DNA of 63,250 bases, the filler included. It is 6 parts of 6 records of this genome, joined end to end, with 100 filler letters (N's around TTAATTAATTAA, not from the genome) between each part and the next. Parts side by side here need not be neighbours in the genome. Positions count along the whole stretch, not along the records: positions 1 to 11,017 come from DRR723986_10308; 5 more parts are not named here. One strand, written 5' to 3'. The translations under genes were made by a program, and so were the position numbers. Each line of letters begins with the position of its first letter. Within the stretch, counting starts at the first letter, position 1. Of this stretch, positions 1 to 10,250 are shown piece by piece. The notes under the pieces are model-generated. The model did no database searches. It saw only the letters and a program-made list of their open reading frames with translations, and was not told the origin of the DNA.

Positions 1-1
1 C

Positions 2-1081
2 ATGATGCTGCGCTGGCTGCAAAAGACCGGGCATAAGCCTATCACCTTGATGGGCGGCGGCACCACCAAGGTGGGCGATCCCTCGTTCCGCGCGGATGAA
101 CGCCCCCTGCTGACCGAAGCCCAGATCGACGACAACATCGCGGGCATCAAAAAGGTGTTCTCGGCTTACATCGACTATGACAGCGGTGCGGAAAACGCAG
201 CCCTGATGCTAAACAATGCCGAATGGCTGGACGGTCTGAACTACCTTGAATTCCTGCGCGACATCGGTCGCCATTTCTCGGTTAACCGAATGCTGGCGTT
301 TGAATCGGTGAAATCCCGTCTGGATCGGGAACAGTCGCTGTCGTTCCTCGAATTCAACTACATGATTCTGCAGGCCTATGACTTTATGGAGCTAAACAAC
401 CGCTATGGCTGTATCCTGCAGATGGGCGGATCGGATCAGTGGGGCAACATCGTCAACGGGATCGATCTGACGCGTCGCACCATCGAAGGGCAGGTTTTTG
501 GCCTGACTTCGCCACTGCTGACAACCAGCGACGGCAAGAAGATGGGCAAATCGCAGGATGGTGCAGTCTGGCTGAACGCTGACATGCGCTCGCCTTACGA
601 ATTCTGGCAGTTCTGGCGCAATACTACGGATGCGGATGTTGGCCGGTTCCTGAAACTATACACCGAGATGCCCGTCGATGAATGCGAGCGTCTGGGCGCC
701 TTAGGTGGGTCGGACATCAACGCAGCAAAGGTTATTTTGGCAAACGAAGTGACAGGTCTTTTGCACGGAGCTGATGCTGCTGCCGCAGCCGAGGCCACCG
801 CGCGTGAAGTCTTTGAAAAAGGCGGCGTCGGAGATGACCTGCCCACCCTGACCCTCAGCCCGGGGGATCTGGGCGATGGGATTTCGATTGTTCAGTTGAT
901 CGTTAAATCGGGTCTGGCCAAAACCGGGAAAGAGGCCAAGCGCCTGATCGCGGAAAACGGTGCCAAACTGGATGATGCGCCGCTGACCGACGCGGGGCTT
1001 ATGATCGACGCCGCCGCGTTGTCTTCGCCGCTCAAGTTGAGCGCGGGCAAAAAGCGTCATGCGCTGGTGCAGCTGGGTTAA
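2..1081 (+). CDS. tyrS: Tyrosine--tRNA ligase (5'-truncated at window start)
   Basis: [22 protein letters not shown] and KMGKS motifs; C-terminal S4-like domain. Confidence 0.97.
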   Translation: MMLRWLQKTGHKPITLMGGGTTKVGDPSFRADERPLLTEAQIDDNIAGIKKVFSAYIDYDSGAENAALMLNNAEWLDGLNYLEFLRDIGRHFSVNRMLAFESVKSRLDREQSLSFLEFNYMILQAYDFMELNNRYGCILQMGGSDQWGNIVNGIDLTRRTIEGQVFGLTSPLLTTSDGKKMGKSQDGAVWLNADMRSPYEFWQFWRNTTDADVGRFLKLYTEMPVDECERLGALGGSDINAAKVILANEVTGLLHGADAAAAAEATAREVFEKGGVGDDLPTLTLSPGDLGDGISIVQLIVKSGLAKTGKEAKRLIAENGAKLDDAPLTDAGLMIDAAALSSPLKLSAGKKRHALVQLG

Positions 1082-1206
1082 AGAAAGAGCCAGTCAATCA
1101 GGCTGAGCACTAGAAAAACAGGAATAGACAAGGCGGTTGCCCCTAACAAGGCGGCCGCCTTTGTTATGCGTGGTGTTGGGGCTGCGTGACCGTAGACTTT
1201 GTTCAT
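1078..1206 (-). CDS. Small single-TM hypothetical protein, 42 aa ([42 protein letters not shown])
   Basis: Read by hand, below the ORF-track cutoff. ATG at 1206; TAA at 1078-1080 overlaps the tyrS stop; hydrophobic C-terminal helix; fills the gap. Confidence 0.6.
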   Translation of the reverse strand: MNKVYGHAAPTPRITKAAALLGATALSIPVFLVLSLIDWLFL

Positions 1207-1211
1207 GACGC

Positions 1212-1246
1212 CATTAACCACGCGTTAGGTTTCATGATGGTTAATG
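1212..1246. promoter_or_regulatory. CtrA-like box (TTAA-N7-TTAG, 1214-1228) inside inverted repeat CATTAACCA...TGGTTAATG between divergent genes
   Basis: One mismatch to the alphaproteobacterial CtrA consensus TTAA-N7-TTAA; second TTAACC half-site on the minus strand. Confidence 0.45.
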
Positions 1247-1251
1247 AGCGC

Positions 1252-2133
1252 ATGTTTGATGCGCCCCCAACCGCCACGTCATCCGCCCTGCAGCAAAGCC
1301 CCGAATTCGCGGCAACCCTGCGCGACATCGGTCGCCCGCCTATGGTTCTGGATGATCAGACCCTTGCGTTGCATCGACGCTTGCCAATTGGGATACGGCT
1401 GGCTGTGCTGTCTCGGGCACAGGTTAACATTGACACACTGCCCGGCTCTCTCCGTCGCGCCGGACTGCACCGGACACCTTTGATAATTAACCCTGACACA
1501 CCAACTCCGCAGCTGTCTGATATGGGTGCGGTTCCCTTGGTCAGCCCTGCCTCTGTGGCGGATCTGAACCTGACAGGGGACTTGCACGCGCAATTACACC
1601 AGAAATGGCGCAACCGATTGACCTATGGCGAACGTCAGAACCTGCGAGTCACGCGCCAAAACATGCCGCTTGATCCGAAGCATTGGCTATTCACGGCAAC
1701 ACAGGCGCAGCAACGCGCGCGCAGATACAAGACATGGCCCGTGCCCTTGACCCTTGCCTATGCTCAGGCAAACAAGGGTCAGGCCAAACTGTTTACTGCA
1801 TTTGCGGACACAACCCCGGTCGCCGCCATCCTGATCTTATGCCACGGCGACAGCGCGACTTATCATCTGGGTCACACCACAGCACGCGGGCGACATCACT
1901 GCGCCCATAACCTGCTGATGTGGGAGGCGATGGTCTGGCTGGCTCGCAAAGGGCACCAAAGATTGGATCTAGGCCTGATCTCTACCGAAGATTCGCCGGG
2001 ATTGGCGCGGTTCAAGCTGGGAACTGGGGCACAACCACGTCGGTTGGGCGGGACTTGGGGATGGTGGCCGGTTCTGGGACGAACGCTGCGTCCCCTCGCC
2101 GCGATGGACACAAAGCTGATGGCGCACAGCTAG
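1252..2133 (+). CDS. GNAT (FemAB-like) N-acyltransferase
   Basis: KWRNRL, ATYHLGHT, HNLLMWEAM..L...G..RLDLG and GLARFKLGTG motifs; start moved to ATG 1252. Confidence 0.8.
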   Translation: MFDAPPTATSSALQQSPEFAATLRDIGRPPMVLDDQTLALHRRLPIGIRLAVLSRAQVNIDTLPGSLRRAGLHRTPLIINPDTPTPQLSDMGAVPLVSPASVADLNLTGDLHAQLHQKWRNRLTYGERQNLRVTRQNMPLDPKHWLFTATQAQQRARRYKTWPVPLTLAYAQANKGQAKLFTAFADTTPVAAILILCHGDSATYHLGHTTARGRHHCAHNLLMWEAMVWLARKGHQRLDLGLISTEDSPGLARFKLGTGAQPRRLGGTWGWWPVLGRTLRPLAAMDTKLMAHS

Positions 2134-2194
2134 ACTCACTCGCCATCACATGATTATTTGAACAGATGTTCATATCATGGGAGAGGAGCCCCAC

Positions 2195-2950
2195 ATGCAA
2201 CTGTCCACCACCGCCGCCGTCGTCACAGGTGGCGCATCAGGTCTAGGTGAGGCCACGGCCCGCCACTTTGCAGCAAACGGTGCACAGGTCACCATTCTGG
2301 ACCGCGACGCCGAGCGCGGACAGCAAGTTGCTGGTGAAATCGGCGGCCATTTTGCGCAAACTGACGTCACAGACGAAGAGTCTGTCGCCGCCGCCATTGC
2401 CCATGCCATGGAAAAAATGGGAAAAATCACCGCCTGCGTTAACTGTGCCGGGATCGCCTATGGCATCAAAACCGTGGGGCGCGACGGCCCGCACCCGCTG
2501 GACGCGTTCAAACGCACCATCGACATCAATCTGGTGGGCAGCTTCAACGTCGCGCGCCTTGCCTCGGTTGAAATGGCGAAAAACGATCCCGAATCTGACG
2601 GTGGCCGGGGTGTGATCATCAACACTGCTTCTATCGCTGCGTTTGACGGTCAAAAAGGTCAGGCCGCCTACGCTGCCTCTAAGGGCGGTGTTGTTGGCAT
2701 GACTCTGCCCATGGCGCGGGATCTGTCATCGACCGGTATTCGGGTCATGACCATTGCCCCCGGTATTTTTATGACGCCTATGCTGGCGGGCCTCCCCGAA
2801 GAAGTGCAACAGCAGCTGGCGGCTGATGTGCCAAATCCGGCGCGTCTTGGGGATCCGTCAGAATACGGCCGTTTGGCTGGATTTATCGTCGAGATGGGAT
2901 ATCTCAACGGTGAAGTCATCCGTTTGGATGGCGCGCTGCGGATGCGCTAA
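2195..2950 (+). CDS. SDR oxidoreductase, 3-hydroxyacyl-CoA dehydrogenase type II (HSD10-like)
   Basis: TGGASGLG, NCAGI, YAASK and YLNGEVIRLDGALRM motifs; AGGAG RBS before ATG 2195. Confidence 0.93.
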   Translation: MQLSTTAAVVTGGASGLGEATARHFAANGAQVTILDRDAERGQQVAGEIGGHFAQTDVTDEESVAAAIAHAMEKMGKITACVNCAGIAYGIKTVGRDGPHPLDAFKRTIDINLVGSFNVARLASVEMAKNDPESDGGRGVIINTASIAAFDGQKGQAAYAASKGGVVGMTLPMARDLSSTGIRVMTIAPGIFMTPMLAGLPEEVQQQLAADVPNPARLGDPSEYGRLAGFIVEMGYLNGEVIRLDGALRMR

Positions 2951-2975
2951 GACGATTTAAGACAGGAGGGCGCGG

Positions 2976-3521
2976 ATGACACCGTTGCAAAGGATGCTGG
3001 CCGGGGATTGGTATAGTTGCCTAGATCCAGAGCTGGAAGATTTACGCGACCGCGCCCGACTTGCCTTGTACCACAACAATCATCGCGCCCCTGATAAACG
3101 GCGTGATCTGGTGCCCGAACTGGTGGATCTGTTCAGTGCAGTTGGCAGTGATTGCTATATCGAGGGGTGGTTTCACTGCGCCTATGGCATGAACATCACC
3201 CTTGGGGATCGCGTTTTTCTGAACACCGGATGCACCATCCTTGATTCGGCCCCTGTCAGCATTGGGGACGACACCATGCTGGGCCCTGCGGTGCAGGTCT
3301 ATTGCGCGCAACATGCCAAAGACCCAACAGAACGCAAGGCAGGGTTGGAAATTGCCCTGCCCGTGACCATTGGTGCAAATGTATGGATCGGTGGCGGGGC
3401 CATCATCATGCCCGGCGTCACGATCGGAGATCGTGCAATCGTGGGCGCCGGCAGTGTGGTGCTAAAAGACGTGGCCGCAGACACGCGCGCTGTTGGCAAC
3501 CCCGCGCGCACCTTGCCGTAA
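2976..3521 (+). CDS. Sugar O-acetyltransferase (maltose O-acetyltransferase family)
   Basis: Hexapeptide repeats; VWIGGGAIIMPGVTIG...VGAGSVV...GNPAR. Confidence 0.92.
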   Translation: MTPLQRMLAGDWYSCLDPELEDLRDRARLALYHNNHRAPDKRRDLVPELVDLFSAVGSDCYIEGWFHCAYGMNITLGDRVFLNTGCTILDSAPVSIGDDTMLGPAVQVYCAQHAKDPTERKAGLEIALPVTIGANVWIGGGAIIMPGVTIGDRAIVGAGSVVLKDVAADTRAVGNPARTLP

Positions 3522-3522
3522 A

Positions 3523-5328
3523 TCAGCCTGCCGCTTTTTCCTCAAGCTCAAGCCATTCTTCTTCGGAGGCGCTCAGTTTTTCCTGTCGTTGAACCAAGGC
3601 TTCGGTGGCTTTCTGAAACTTAACCGGCTCGCGGGTATAGAGTTCAGGGTCGGCCATCAACTCTTCGAGTTTGGCAATTTCGGCTTCAAGGCGCTCAATC
3701 TCGGACGGCAGCTTTTCCAACCGGTGCTTTTCAGCAAAAGACAAACCCGCTTTAGCTTTGCTCTCTTGCTTTACCTTTGGCTTTGATGCCTTTGCTTTTT
3801 CTAACTTTTCTTCATCAACGGGCGCACGTTGTGTAATGTAATCACTCCACCCGCCAGCATAAACCGTGGCCGTTCCGTTACCTTCCATCGCAACCGTCGT
3901 GGTGGCCACCCGGTCCAGGAAATCACGATCGTGGCTGACCAACAGCACGGTCCCATCATAGTCGTCCAACAGCTCTTGCAGCAGATCCAGCGTTTCCACA
4001 TCCAGATCGTTGGTCGGCTCATCCATCACCAACAGGTTCGAGCTGTGCGCCATCAGTTTCGCCAACAGCAGTCGCGCCTTTTCCCCCCCAGACAGAGAGC
4101 GCACCGGCGCACGCGCCTGACGTTCGTCGAACAGGAATTCCTTGAGATAGCCGACCACATGTTTGGGGTTCCCGCGTACCATGATCTGATCCGCTTTGCC
4201 AGACACCCGCATTGACGGATCGCCCGTCAGGCTGTCCCAGAGGGTCATATCCGGATCCAACTGGGCGCGGGCCTGATCAAACACAGCCACTTCGAGATTG
4301 GTGCCCTGACGCACTTGTCCGGCATCGGGTTCAATCTGCCCAAGCAGGATGTTGATTAAAGTGGTCTTACCAACCCCATTCGGGCCCACAAAAGCTACAC
4401 GATCCCCGCGCTGCACCTTGAGGTCAAAGTCCCGAATGATCTGTTTGTCGCCAAATGTCTTTGAAATGCCCTCGGCTTCGATCACCTTGCGGCCCGACTT
4501 TGGGCCCGCTTCCAAGGCGAATTCCGCTGCACCCTGTCGCTTGATCTGACCCGCGCGCTGTTGCCGCAAATCGTTCAGAGCGCGCACGCGCCCCTGATTG
4601 CGTTTGCGCCGCGCGCTGATGCCTTCAACCGCCCATCTGGCCTCGGCCTTGATCAGGCGGTTCAACTTGTGGCGTTGGGTGTCTTCTTCGTCCCAAATCT
4701 GGTCACGCCAAGCCTCAAAAGCTTCGAAGCCCTTTTCCTGACGGCGCACCATTCCCCTATCAACCCACAGGGTTGCCCGGGTAAGTTCACGTAAAAATGC
4801 CCTATCGTGGCTGATCAACACATAAGCCGTGCGTGTGGATTTCAGTTCGTTTTCCAGCCAGCCAATCGCTTCGATATCCAAGTGGTTGGTCGGTTCGTCC
4901 AGCAACATCAAATCCGGGGCTTCGGCCATGAGTTTTGCCAAAGCAGCCCGACGCCGTTCCCCTCCCGATGCGGTATCAACCGCGCGGGATGGATCAAACT
5001 TTAGTCCTTCGCCAGCGCGCTCAACCTTGTAGAGCTCCCCCGGTTCCAACCCGCTCGCAGCATAGTCCCCCAATGTCGCAAAATCGCCCATGTCAGGGTC
5101 TTGCTCCATGTAGCCCACCGATCGTCCGGGCGGCACGACGATGTCGCCCCGATCCGCTTCGACCAGTCCGGCCATGACCTTCATCAAGGTGGATTTACCT
5201 GATCCGTTACGCCCCACCAAAGCGACGCGGTCGCCAGGTTGAACCACCAGATCAAGATCCGAAAAAACCGGGTCGCCGCCAAAGGTCAGCGAAATACCGG
5301 ACATCTGCAATAAGGGAATACGTGCCAT
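3523..5328 (-). CDS. uup: ABC-F family ATPase, Uup-like
   Basis: Two ABC cassettes (GRNGSGKST, GPNGVGKTT, LDEPTNHLD/MDEPTNDLD) and a C-terminal coiled coil. Confidence 0.9.
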   Translation of the reverse strand: MARIPLLQMSGISLTFGGDPVFSDLDLVVQPGDRVALVGRNGSGKSTLMKVMAGLVEADRGDIVVPPGRSVGYMEQDPDMGDFATLGDYAASGLEPGELYKVERAGEGLKFDPSRAVDTASGGERRRAALAKLMAEAPDLMLLDEPTNHLDIEAIGWLENELKSTRTAYVLISHDRAFLRELTRATLWVDRGMVRRQEKGFEAFEAWRDQIWDEEDTQRHKLNRLIKAEARWAVEGISARRKRNQGRVRALNDLRQQRAGQIKRQGAAEFALEAGPKSGRKVIEAEGISKTFGDKQIIRDFDLKVQRGDRVAFVGPNGVGKTTLINILLGQIEPDAGQVRQGTNLEVAVFDQARAQLDPDMTLWDSLTGDPSMRVSGKADQIMVRGNPKHVVGYLKEFLFDERQARAPVRSLSGGEKARLLLAKLMAHSSNLLVMDEPTNDLDVETLDLLQELLDDYDGTVLLVSHDRDFLDRVATTTVAMEGNGTATVYAGGWSDYITQRAPVDEEKLEKAKASKPKVKQESKAKAGLSFAEKHRLEKLPSEIERLEAEIAKLEELMADPELYTREPVKFQKATEALVQRQEKLSASEEEWLELEEKAAG

Positions 5329-5399
5329 ACCGTCGAGCTAAACCGCAGAATTTGGGGCGTCAACGTCTCAACCCCATCTTTTGCAAAATACTGGCGGCT

Positions 5400-6191
5400 T
5401 CAAGCAATCGCACGCAACAATCGCTTGCGTGCGGGCGGGATCGCCGCGATCTCAAGCCCGGTAAAGACGTGCAACGTGTTCAGATGCCGGTCAATCACCG
5501 CATGATCGCTCACCCAGCCCCCCATCATCAGATAGGTTCGCAACAACGGCGGCATTCTCAGCATTGCTTTTTTGCTGTCCGGTTTCCGACGCAGACGCGC
5601 GGCATAACGAAAGACATCCGGCGCTTTGACTCGGGGCAGCCAGCGACTGGGCGCCAAATGCCGGTGTTTCAGCATCGCAAACGCATCCAGATAGGAATCT
5701 GTTTCCGTGCCTGCGAAAGAAGAGCACCCAAACAGCATTTCGATACCGTTCTGATCGACATAGCGGGTCATTGCCCCCCAAGCGACGCGCAATATGTCAG
5801 GGTCACCCCGGTCTGGGTCGATACAGAATCGCCCCATTTCAACCATTTTACCGCTGAACCCCTGCATCGCAGACAAATCATAAAACTGAGCTGAATAACT
5901 GCGCCCAATCTCTACCCCGCCTGCCAGCTCCAGCATGCGAAAGCAACAGACAAGCGCGTTGTCGGATTCGCTATCTTCGACCAGGACATGCTGGCACTGA
6001 TCATCAAATGAATCGTGATCAAGCGCAGCCGTGCCAAAAGCCCGCGAGCGCAAAGCCTGTGCCGCCGTCATATCTGCCGACGTTTGGGCCAATCTGGCGT
6101 GAAAGCGCCCTTTGCTCAGTAGCTGTGCATGTGCCAATGTACCGGCCCTTTGCAAGATCACCCGCTCACGTTGTCCCGCTTGGCCTATCAT
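5400..6191 (-). CDS. GNAT N-acyl amino acid synthase, ornithine-lipid OlsB-like
   Basis: AQALRSRAF, EMGRFCI, LFGCSSF and PPLLRTYLMMGG motifs. Confidence 0.82.
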   Translation of the reverse strand: MIGQAGQRERVILQRAGTLAHAQLLSKGRFHARLAQTSADMTAAQALRSRAFGTAALDHDSFDDQCQHVLVEDSESDNALVCCFRMLELAGGVEIGRSYSAQFYDLSAMQGFSGKMVEMGRFCIDPDRGDPDILRVAWGAMTRYVDQNGIEMLFGCSSFAGTETDSYLDAFAMLKHRHLAPSRWLPRVKAPDVFRYAARLRRKPDSKKAMLRMPPLLRTYLMMGGWVSDHAVIDRHLNTLHVFTGLEIAAIPPARKRLLRAIA

Positions 6192-6221
6192 ACAGACTGT
6201 TTCAGCAAAGTGACGTCTGAT

Positions 6222-6692
6222 TTACTGCCCCAAGGCCGCTGCGGGGTTGAAGTTGCCCAAGTTCCCCAAAAGCTGACGCAGGAACGTGCTGCTTTCAACA
6301 CTGGAGGTCGTGACACGACGTTGCAAGGTAATCACACGTCCATCTTCCAACCCGAACCGTTCCACATTTTTGACAGTGCCTGACTGATTGAAACTGATCG
6401 CAACCAGCTCACGTGACACGATCTGCGGAGCGCGCGGTCCGTAATGGCGCATGCGGGTGGCGACATAATACAGACCTGATTCGTCCAACACACCACCTGA
6501 ACTGGGCGCGCCGACAGCTTCGATGACGCTGTCGCGGGTATCTACACCGACTTTAATCTCGTTCAACTCATCAGGGGTCGGTGTATAGCCGTGGTTCCGA
6601 TAGACTGCTGAACAAGCTGCCAAAGTCCCAACCGCAACCGCGACCAGCGTAAACCGAGTCGTAGATTTCTTCAGCTGAGTGAATGTGAACAT
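6222..6692 (-). CDS. bamE: Outer membrane assembly lipoprotein BamE
   Basis: Lipobox LAAC, NHGY, G.PS and ELVAISF motifs; divergent from yceD. Confidence 0.88.
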   Translation of the reverse strand: MFTFTQLKKSTTRFTLVAVAVGTLAACSAVYRNHGYTPTPDELNEIKVGVDTRDSVIEAVGAPSSGGVLDESGLYYVATRMRHYGPRAPQIVSRELVAISFNQSGTVKNVERFGLEDGRVITLQRRVTTSSVESSTFLRQLLGNLGNFNPAAALGQ

Positions 6693-6776
6693 CGCTGCCC
6701 CCTTGCTTTGGCTTCTTGCGCCTTTTATCCCGATTATAGAAACCAACGCTCTGGTTCAACCAACGAAAGCCCCTTG

Positions 6777-7313
6777 ATGACCAACCCTTCTGCACTGCGC
6801 GTGGCCGATTTGCCGCAGAATACCTCTTCTTCCTTTTCTCTGCGCCCCTCTGCGTCAGAGCTGAAAACCATCGCTGCCGAACTGAATTTGCTAGGTCTGC
6901 GCAAACTCAGCTTTGAAGGGCAGATCAAAGCGCAAGGAAAAAAGGACTGGCTGTTGACCGCCAAACTGGGCGCAACTGTCGTGCAGCCCTGTGTTGTCAC
7001 ATTGGATCCCGTCAGCACGCGCATCGATGTGCCGGTTCGCCGGGTCTATATGGCTGAGTGGGAAGAGCCCGAAGAAGACGACGTTGAAATGCACGAGGAT
7101 GACGAAGTTGAAGCGCTCGTAGACTATATCGACCCGGCGGTTGTCATGATCGAATCCCTATCGCTGGCCCTGCCCCAGTATCCCCGTGCCACTGACGCAG
7201 ATGTCAGCGAAGCGGTGTTTACAGAGCCCGGCAAGAAGCCAATGACCCAAGAAGATGCCAAACCCTTTGCGGGATTAGCGGCTTTGCGCGATTCTCTTAA
7301 AAAAGAGGAATGA
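6777..7313 (+). CDS. DUF177/YceD family protein
   Basis: VVQPCVVTLDPV, LALPQYPR and PFAGLAAL motifs; upstream of rpmF. Confidence 0.9.
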   Translation: MTNPSALRVADLPQNTSSSFSLRPSASELKTIAAELNLLGLRKLSFEGQIKAQGKKDWLLTAKLGATVVQPCVVTLDPVSTRIDVPVRRVYMAEWEEPEEDDVEMHEDDEVEALVDYIDPAVVMIESLSLALPQYPRATDADVSEAVFTEPGKKPMTQEDAKPFAGLAALRDSLKKEE

Positions 7314-7517
7314 CACCGCTGACAAAAGCTGCCATAGGAGGCGCCTGTAAAAACCGCTTGATCACAACGAGAATCGCAGTATTTTCGCGCGCTCATCGGA
7401 TTTAAGGTTGGACATCGCCGGGGCTGAGGCCTAAACGCACGTCAAACTGCTAGAAACGAACAATGTAACACGGCCTTCGGGAACGCCCACCGGCCCAGAT
7501 AGACAAAGGTTGAGACG

Positions 7518-7724
7518 ATGGCTGTCCAACAGAACAAAGTATCCAAGTCGCGCCGCAACAACCGCCGTGCACACGATTCCCTGGTTGCTGCAAACCCTAA
7601 CGAATGCTCGAACTGCGGTGAGCTGAAGCGCCCACACCACGTTTGCGCATCTTGCGGCCACTACGACGACAAAGAAATCGTTGCGCAGGTTGACGAGATC
7701 GATCTGGACGAAGACGCGGCCTAA
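7518..7724 (+). CDS. rpmF: 50S ribosomal protein L32
   Basis: [19 protein letters not shown]; CxxC...HHVCxxCG. Confidence 0.98.
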   Translation: MAVQQNKVSKSRRNNRRAHDSLVAANPNECSNCGELKRPHHVCASCGHYDDKEIVAQVDEIDLDEDAA

Positions 7725-7748
7725 GTCCCCTTCTCAAGCAGGCCCAGC

Positions 7749-8864
7749 ATGACGGCGCAACCAGATCAGACAAGCGATTCTAACGGTCGCATTATCATTT
7801 CGGTTGACGCCATGGGCGGTGACGCCGGTCCTTCGGCGGTTGTCGCGGGCATTGCTAAGTCGGCAGAGAAGAACCCGGATATCGGGTTCATTCTCCATGG
7901 GCCCGAAGACTCGCTGAAAAAGTTAGTCGCACGGCGACGCATCCTCGAAGGGCGCGTCGCCTTTCGCGATTGTGCGGGCGTCGTCACAATGGACGACAAA
8001 CCCAGTCAGGTTGTGCGCCACGGCAAAAAGACATCCATGTGGTCCACATTGGAATCGGTGCGCAAAGGCGAAGCCAGCGGCGCTGTTTCCTGTGGCAACA
8101 CAGGGGCGTTGATGGCGCTATCTATGATGCGCTTGCGTAAACTGCCCGGCGTGAACCGCCCGGCAATTGCTATTCTGTGGCCTTCGCTCAACCCTCAAGG
8201 CTTTAATGTCATGTTAGATGTTGGCGCTGATGTGCGCGCCGACGCGCAAGATTTGCTTCAATATGCCCTGATGGGGGCCTCATATGCGCGCAATGGGCTG
8301 GACCTCTCGCGTCCGCGTGTGGGTCTCTTGAATGTTGGCACCGAAGAACACAAAGGCCGCACAGAGCTGAAAGAGGCGCATACCCTGATTTCTGAATTCG
8401 CCGATACCGCAAATTTTGAATTTGTTGGCTTTGTCGAAGGCAGCGATATCCCCGGCAACGCCGCAGATGTTATTGTCACCGACGGGTTTACCGGCAATGT
8501 CGCGATCAAAACCGGAGAGGGCACCGCCAGCTTGGTCGGAGAGCTGCTAAAGCAGGCGTTTAAATACTCTTGGTTGTCGCAATTGGCTTCGGTCCTGGCG
8601 ATTACGTCACTCCAGCGCTTGAAAAAACGCATCGACCCCCGGCGCGTCAACGGTGGGGTTTTCCTGGGATTGAACGGAACTGTTATAAAATCCCACGGTG
8701 GCGCCGACGCGACCGGTGTTTCGGCGGCCGTTAAGCTGGCCTTTACCCTTGCACAGTCTGGATTCTCGGAAAAGCTCGCGGCCCGTGTTGCATCTATCGA
8801 AGAGCTAAAACAAGATGTGGCCAGTGCTGCATCACCAGCATCCCCAAAACAAGAAGGCAGATAA
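7749..8864 (+). CDS. plsX: Phosphate acyltransferase PlsX
   Basis: VDAMGGD, SCGNTGA, LLNVGTEEHKG, VTDGFTGN and KSHG motifs. Confidence 0.97.
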   Translation: MTAQPDQTSDSNGRIIISVDAMGGDAGPSAVVAGIAKSAEKNPDIGFILHGPEDSLKKLVARRRILEGRVAFRDCAGVVTMDDKPSQVVRHGKKTSMWSTLESVRKGEASGAVSCGNTGALMALSMMRLRKLPGVNRPAIAILWPSLNPQGFNVMLDVGADVRADAQDLLQYALMGASYARNGLDLSRPRVGLLNVGTEEHKGRTELKEAHTLISEFADTANFEFVGFVEGSDIPGNAADVIVTDGFTGNVAIKTGEGTASLVGELLKQAFKYSWLSQLASVLAITSLQRLKKRIDPRRVNGGVFLGLNGTVIKSHGGADATGVSAAVKLAFTLAQSGFSEKLAARVASIEELKQDVASAASPASPKQEGR

Positions 8865-8870
8865 CCTCCC

Positions 8871-9836
8871 ATGACAGGCCGCGCAGTCGTCACAGGTGTC
8901 GGACACTACTTGCCGGAACGCGTTGTTCCTAATGCAGAATTCGAAGAAACTCTGGAAACCACAGACGAATGGATTCGCAGCCGCTCTGGCATCGAACGCC
9001 GTCACTTTGCAGCCGACGGGGAAACAACGTCGGACTTGGCGATCAACGCGGCACGCGCGGCGTTGGCTGATGCCGGTGTCGAAGCAAACGATGTCGATGC
9101 CATTATCGTGGCCACGTCGACAGCTGATCTCACCTTCCCTTCGGCTGCGACCATGGTTCAGGCCGGACTTGGGATGACATCTGGCTTTGCTTTTGACGTT
9201 CAGGCAGTCTGCGCTGGATTCGTTTACGCCCTGAGCAACGCAAATGCATTAATCGTTTCGGGTCAGGCCAATCGCGTTCTGGTTATCGGCGCGGAAACAT
9301 TTTCACGAATCATGGACTGGACCGACCGGTCAACCTGCGTGTTGTTTGGCGACGGCGCCGGGGCCTTGCTGTTAGAATCCCAAGACACACCGGATCAGGA
9401 TCGCGGTATTCTCTCTGTCGATCTGAATTCAGACGGACGCTACAAGGATCTACTGTATGTCGATGGCGGAGTGTCCACGCAAACGACCGGCCATCTGCGC
9501 ATGCAAGGCAACCAAGTCTTTCGCCATGCCGTTGAAAAACTTGCCAAAACTGCCAATACTGCTTTGGACAAAGCCGGGCTGAGCGCGCAGGATGTCGACT
9601 GGATTGTACCCCATCAGGCCAACATTCGTATCATTCAGGGCACTGCCAAAAAGATGGGCCTCAGCATGGATAACGTGGTGGTGACGGTTCAGGATCACGG
9701 CAATACATCGGCTGCATCGATCCCTCTTGCACTGTCTGTTGGCAAAGCACGCGGCCAAATTAAGCAAGGGGATCTGATCGTAACCGAGGCGATTGGCGGC
9801 GGTTTGGCATGGGGCGCAGTCGTCATTCGGTGGTAG
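8871..9836 (+). CDS. fabH: Beta-ketoacyl-ACP synthase III
   Basis: Catalytic triad motifs AVCAGF, PHQAN and HGNTSAAS. Confidence 0.97.
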   Translation: MTGRAVVTGVGHYLPERVVPNAEFEETLETTDEWIRSRSGIERRHFAADGETTSDLAINAARAALADAGVEANDVDAIIVATSTADLTFPSAATMVQAGLGMTSGFAFDVQAVCAGFVYALSNANALIVSGQANRVLVIGAETFSRIMDWTDRSTCVLFGDGAGALLLESQDTPDQDRGILSVDLNSDGRYKDLLYVDGGVSTQTTGHLRMQGNQVFRHAVEKLAKTANTALDKAGLSAQDVDWIVPHQANIRIIQGTAKKMGLSMDNVVVTVQDHGNTSAASIPLALSVGKARGQIKQGDLIVTEAIGGGLAWGAVVIRW

Positions 9837-9877
9837 CTTTTTACCGCCGTTAACTTAACACTCGCAATTCATTGATA

Positions 9878-9907
9878 TTGACAGGTAAATTCTCATACCC
9901 CTATGAT
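9878..9907 (+). promoter_or_regulatory. Sigma70-type promoter for ihfA (TTGACA-N18-TATGAT)
   Basis: Perfect -35 and near-consensus -10, upstream of ihfA. Confidence 0.6.
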
Positions 9908-9930
9908 TTATCAGCAACATGGGGGACGGT

Positions 9931-10233
9931 ATGGGTGATAAAACTCTAACGCGGATGGATTTGAGCGAAGCAGTTTTTCGTGAGGTTGGTCTATCACGCA
10001 ACGAAAGTGCGCAGCTTGTCGAAGGCATGCTGGAACATATGTCGGATGCTTTGGTCCGAGGTGAACAGGTTAAGATTTCATCGTTTGGAACGTTCAGCGT
10101 TCGCGATAAATCTGCGCGTATTGGGCGTAATCCCAAGACCGGCGAAGAGGTGCCAATTCAACCTCGCCGCGTTTTGACCTTTCGCCCGTCCCATTTGATG
10201 AAGGACCGGGTTGCGGCCGGGAACCGAAAATAA
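9931..10233 (+). CDS. ihfA: Integration host factor alpha
   Basis: [19 protein letters not shown] and RRVLTFRPS motifs. Confidence 0.97.
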   Translation: MGDKTLTRMDLSEAVFREVGLSRNESAQLVEGMLEHMSDALVRGEQVKISSFGTFSVRDKSARIGRNPKTGEEVPIQPRRVLTFRPSHLMKDRVAAGNRK

Positions 10234-10250
10234 ATTAGGAACTGAGACAC

